From contig NMRA01000450.1 of NCBI GenBank assembly GCA_002633005.1, positions 1-64,000 of the forward strand: a stretch of DNA of 64,000 nucleotides, given 5' to 3'. This DNA is from Phoronis australis (lineage: Eukaryota > Animalia > Phoronida). A program made the position numbers and the translations under genes. The notes under the pieces are model-generated. The model had not been told where the DNA came from. It searched no databases and saw only the letters and a program-made list of their open reading frames with translations. Of this stretch, positions 62,674-64,000 are shown in pieces; within the stretch, counting starts at the first letter, position 1, and every line of letters starts with the position of its first letter.

Positions 62674-64000
62674 GAGAACATGTAAGAATCTATTTATACC
62701 ACATGCTGAACGAGAAACATTGCATTGAATCGATCTACCTTTCTCGACACGCCTCGGCTTTGTAACTACTTTTTATGTGAGAGGTCCTGGGACGGAGGTC
62801 GTGACCTTTTAAGAAAAGCTAAGTTATTTTTGTCAACATAATGTTTTTACTCAAAATTAATTAAAAATTTAAACAAAGTAGAAAAAAGGGAATCTATAAG
62901 TTAAGTTTCAGCAATTAATCTTGCTTACTACACATTTTATCATGCTGCTGGCTTCTTCCGTAAAAATATTGTCTGCTAAAGTAGGTTACTAGTGGTAACT
63001 GAGTATAATGCCCAAGTCAAAGGATGCCCACGACACGATACTCGCATTCAGACTGGAGATCGGTGATTTACAAGTGAGAGAAAATGAGAGATAAATTTCA
63101 TTGAAGTAATATATCGCTTTTATTGAAGTTATGCGTCTTGATTTTTATAGCATATAAATGTCGGTGCAGTGACGTTTGTTGAGCATGTGATTATTGCACA
63201 TGCTCGTTTAAGTATTCTATTTTCACGTTCGATGACGGCAGTTGCTGAGTGGTTCAGTGACAGTGGTAAATTCAACGACACAAAACTCGTGAGGACCGGC
63301 TTCGAAACCGCCCTCGGTTTCCCGCAAAAAGTGTTTATTTTAAGTCCTAGAAGCACACGTTTTTAACCCTTACTAAACGGTTAGAAGACATCGTAAGGAA
63401 CCATGCAATACTTATCCCATGACCAATACACAATCCGTAGTCGAAGAAAGATTAAATAAACGCGTCACTCACGATTCCGACTCGAAGATCACACCGCCAT
63501 TTTGAACTAACCACGAAACCGGAAGTAAAATTCATTCAGCAACGCAGGCTAAGTAAACGCCGGCTGTGGGACTGGAGCAGTGTCTGTTACCAGCCTGGAA
63601 ACTGTGATAAAATAATCGACAGGGGACCTCAACTTTAATAAAACCAAAATAGGGACAACTTGTACTGAAAATGTTGACAAAATATGGCAAAATAAATTTT
63701 GATAGAAATTAGTTTGCCTGGCTCGGACCTGCAGCCGATGACCCGGTGCAGACCGATCGAGGCCACTAGCACTGACAAAAGACGAAAGCATGACGTCCCG
63801 ACAGTTTTATCGGAATAAATGGTTCAAATCATGAATGCCGCATACATACAAAGACAGTTTCCGACACTTGTATAAAACTACGGACTAGTGGCAGTCCTGA
63901 GTCAACGACTGGATAACAAAAGGAGCCGACTATGGCGAGCTAGGATAAGCGTGTTTTACTAGTTTAATTAACTCTGGTAAACAAACAGTATAAACAAAAC

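Overview
AT-rich, intron-rich animal genomic DNA. The astacin motifs suggest a marine lophotrochozoan, which is an inference. There is an N-gap at 1077-1268 and single-N joins at 6079 and 42341. Three genes were reconstructed by hand from GT-AG boundaries and codon phase. (1) Three internal exons of a two-pore channel 2 (TPCN2-like) gene on the minus strand, 728-2859. (2) The 3' end of a multi-ShK-domain gene on the plus strand, five exons, 9093-22188. (3) A large astacin (M12A) zinc metalloprotease gene on the plus strand, 15 in-phase exons from 29381 to 62332 and running off the right edge. It encodes a prodomain, furin site, catalytic domain, EGF-like module and at least 11 ShK/ShKT domains. 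Genes 2 and 3 look like tandem paralogs. Genes 1 and 2 both lack 5' exons and diverge from a Sola3-like transposon that contains a contig join. Introns carry decayed mobile DNA: Ty3/Gypsy elements, a THAP-bearing Kolobok-like element, LINE fragments, a probable solo LTR and MITEs. There is also a possible negative-strand RNA virus L-gene relic and an excess of TACATGTA, which matches the Tc1-type excision footprint. No RNA genes or CRISPR arrays were seen.
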